Assembly: GCF_002105155.1 (NCBI RefSeq)
Contig: NW_019028989.1
Location: 186,001-250,000, forward strand
Origin: Lobosporangium transversale
Taxonomy: Eukaryota
Direction: 5' to 3'
Length of the DNA stretch: 64,000 nt
The notes beneath the pieces are model-generated. The model was not told the DNA's origin. It did not search any database and saw nothing but the letters and a program-made list of their open reading frames with translations. The position numbers and the translations under genes are program-made. This document shows positions 62,655-64,000 of this stretch, piece after piece; within the stretch, counting starts at the first letter, position 1, and the number at the start of each line of letters is the position of its first letter.

Positions 62655-64000
62655 GTCATCGCTGTTCTCATCAATGACACAATTAGCGAATAATCGCCAT
62701 TTGTATAGTCATGTCTCATTGCATCAGTTTTGGTAAAAAGTACATGTCAGGTTTGTCCATCCCTTACTTCTTTCTTATTCTTTATTCTTTCTTTATAGCA
62801 CCATCACCACTGATACACCAAGCGACACTCTACATATCTGCCATATCTTTATCATAACATGAAATCATTATCCAAATCAACTATCCAAAATGCAACTGCT
62901 CTACTTCATCAGGGAAAGTCTTCCAGAGAAGTGTCAAAGAGTTTAGGGATATCTGTTACCTCAGCTCAAAGGATTAGGAAAAGAGGCAAAGAAAGTATTC
63001 CAGTGCTGAGAGGGGGCCGACCCTGCAAAGTTACTAAGAAAACGAAACAGCTTTTATCAAGATTTTTTGACATGGGTGTATTGGAGACCCTAAAAGATGG
63101 CCAACAACTTGTTCAATTGAGGGAAGGAGTGCAGGTTAGTAAATCGAGCATCAGGAGGTTCCTTATGCAGGATGATATGGGGGCATATGTAAAACAGAAG
63201 CAGCCTGATCTGACGAAGAAGCAAATCTATGCTCGATATAATTTTGCAAAGGATCACTTGGACTGGACTCTAGAAGACTGGAAGAACGTCATGTTCTCAG
63301 ATGAGACCATCTTTAGCAGAGTTGGGTCCTGCGGAAGAAAGTACTACTACAAGCATCGATGGGATAAAACTCTACGAGCACATCATATCAAAAAGACAAG
63401 GCAAGGCGGTGGAGGCAAAATGATGTTCTGGGGTTGTATAACTTACTACGGACCAGGCGATGGCTGCTGGCTCCAAGAGAAGGTGGATTCGGTAACATAC
63501 GTCGACGTTCTCAAGGATTATATCTTTAAGTCCAGGGATTACTACTTGATGGATAAGGACAAATTTATATTTCAGCAGGACAATGCTAGGATTCATACCG
63601 GAAGAATAGCAATGCCCTATATCCAAAAGTCTAAGATACCTCTCATGGAATGGCCAGCAAACTCTCCTGACATCAACCCAATAGAAAACATATGGGCATA
63701 CATGAAGGTGCAGTTGGATCATTATCCAGACAAGGCAAAGAATATGGAGGATCTCTGGGAGAGAGTCCAAGACGTATGGACACATATCCCTCCTGAATTC
63801 TTACACAAACTATACTGCGGTATGCCGAAGAGGATGAGGGAGTTATATAAGGCTAAAGGAGGGAACATCGTTAGGGGAAAGGAGAAGTAACAGGAATAAA
63901 TAAAAACAAGAAGTTGTTAATTGCCATAATAGATGCAATGAGATGCTGAAAGCAAATTGCAATTAAATGCTAATTAGGCCACTGATGGCGATGACGATGA
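62655..64000 (+). mobile_element. Tc1-like element with long degenerate inverted repeats; right end runs off the window
   Basis: tctcattgcatc (62714-62725) is the exact reverse complement of 63932-63943. The alignment continues outward with mismatches to gtcatcgc 62655-62662 / gcgatgac 63988-63995. Confidence 0.75.
62859..63890 (+). CDS. Tc1/mariner (IS630-Tc1) transposase, DD34E, intact ORF
   Basis: HTH region with GRP; WKNVMFSDET, MFWGC, FQQDNARIH and WPANSPDINPIENIW. I counted 34 residues between the second D and the E. Confidence 0.95.
   Translation: MKSLSKSTIQNATALLHQGKSSREVSKSLGISVTSAQRIRKRGKESIPVLRGGRPCKVTKKTKQLLSRFFDMGVLETLKDGQQLVQLREGVQVSKSSIRRFLMQDDMGAYVKQKQPDLTKKQIYARYNFAKDHLDWTLEDWKNVMFSDETIFSRVGSCGRKYYYKHRWDKTLRAHHIKKTRQGGGGKMMFWGCITYYGPGDGCWLQEKVDSVTYVDVLKDYIFKSRDYYLMDKDKFIFQQDNARIHTGRIAMPYIQKSKIPLMEWPANSPDINPIENIWAYMKVQLDHYPDKAKNMEDLWERVQDVWTHIPPEFLHKLYCGMPKRMRELYKAKGGNIVRGKEK

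Noticed and set aside
1..64000. tRNA, rRNA, snRNA or C/D snoRNA genes
   Set aside because: No cloverleaf or properly spaced C/D box pair was recognised by eye. A tRNAscan-SE or Rfam scan is needed to exclude them.

Overview
This is eukaryotic, intron-rich fungal DNA with very long poly(A)/poly(T) tracts. Gene content and repeat style suggest an early-diverging fungus of the Mortierellaceae (inference). I reconstructed 14 host genes from their splice sites: NHX1 (partial), Nrd1/Seb1, NC2-beta (with a GC-AG intron), a C2H2 factor, a coiled-coil protein, a bHLH factor, a HotDog thioesterase, mitochondrial EF-Ts, ETF-QO, an SRPBCC protein, Dcc1, a MIT-domain protein, an F-box protein and an MDR oxidoreductase. 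NC2-beta and the SRPBCC gene are absent from the ORF track. There are two mobile-DNA zones. At ~33.7-35.7 kb lies a decayed, intron-containing Fanzor/TnpB-like RNA-guided nuclease gene with a rearranged RuvC site, a candidate downstream omegaRNA hairpin and an adjacent SWIM fragment; this is the most notable find. At ~56.6-64 kb lie a deleted Helitron, a disrupted C2H2/unknown-domain gene, a spliced PD-(D/E)xK-like nuclease gene and an intact Tc1 DD34E transposase with long degenerate inverted repeats. All family assignments come from motif recognition by eye; no searches were run.
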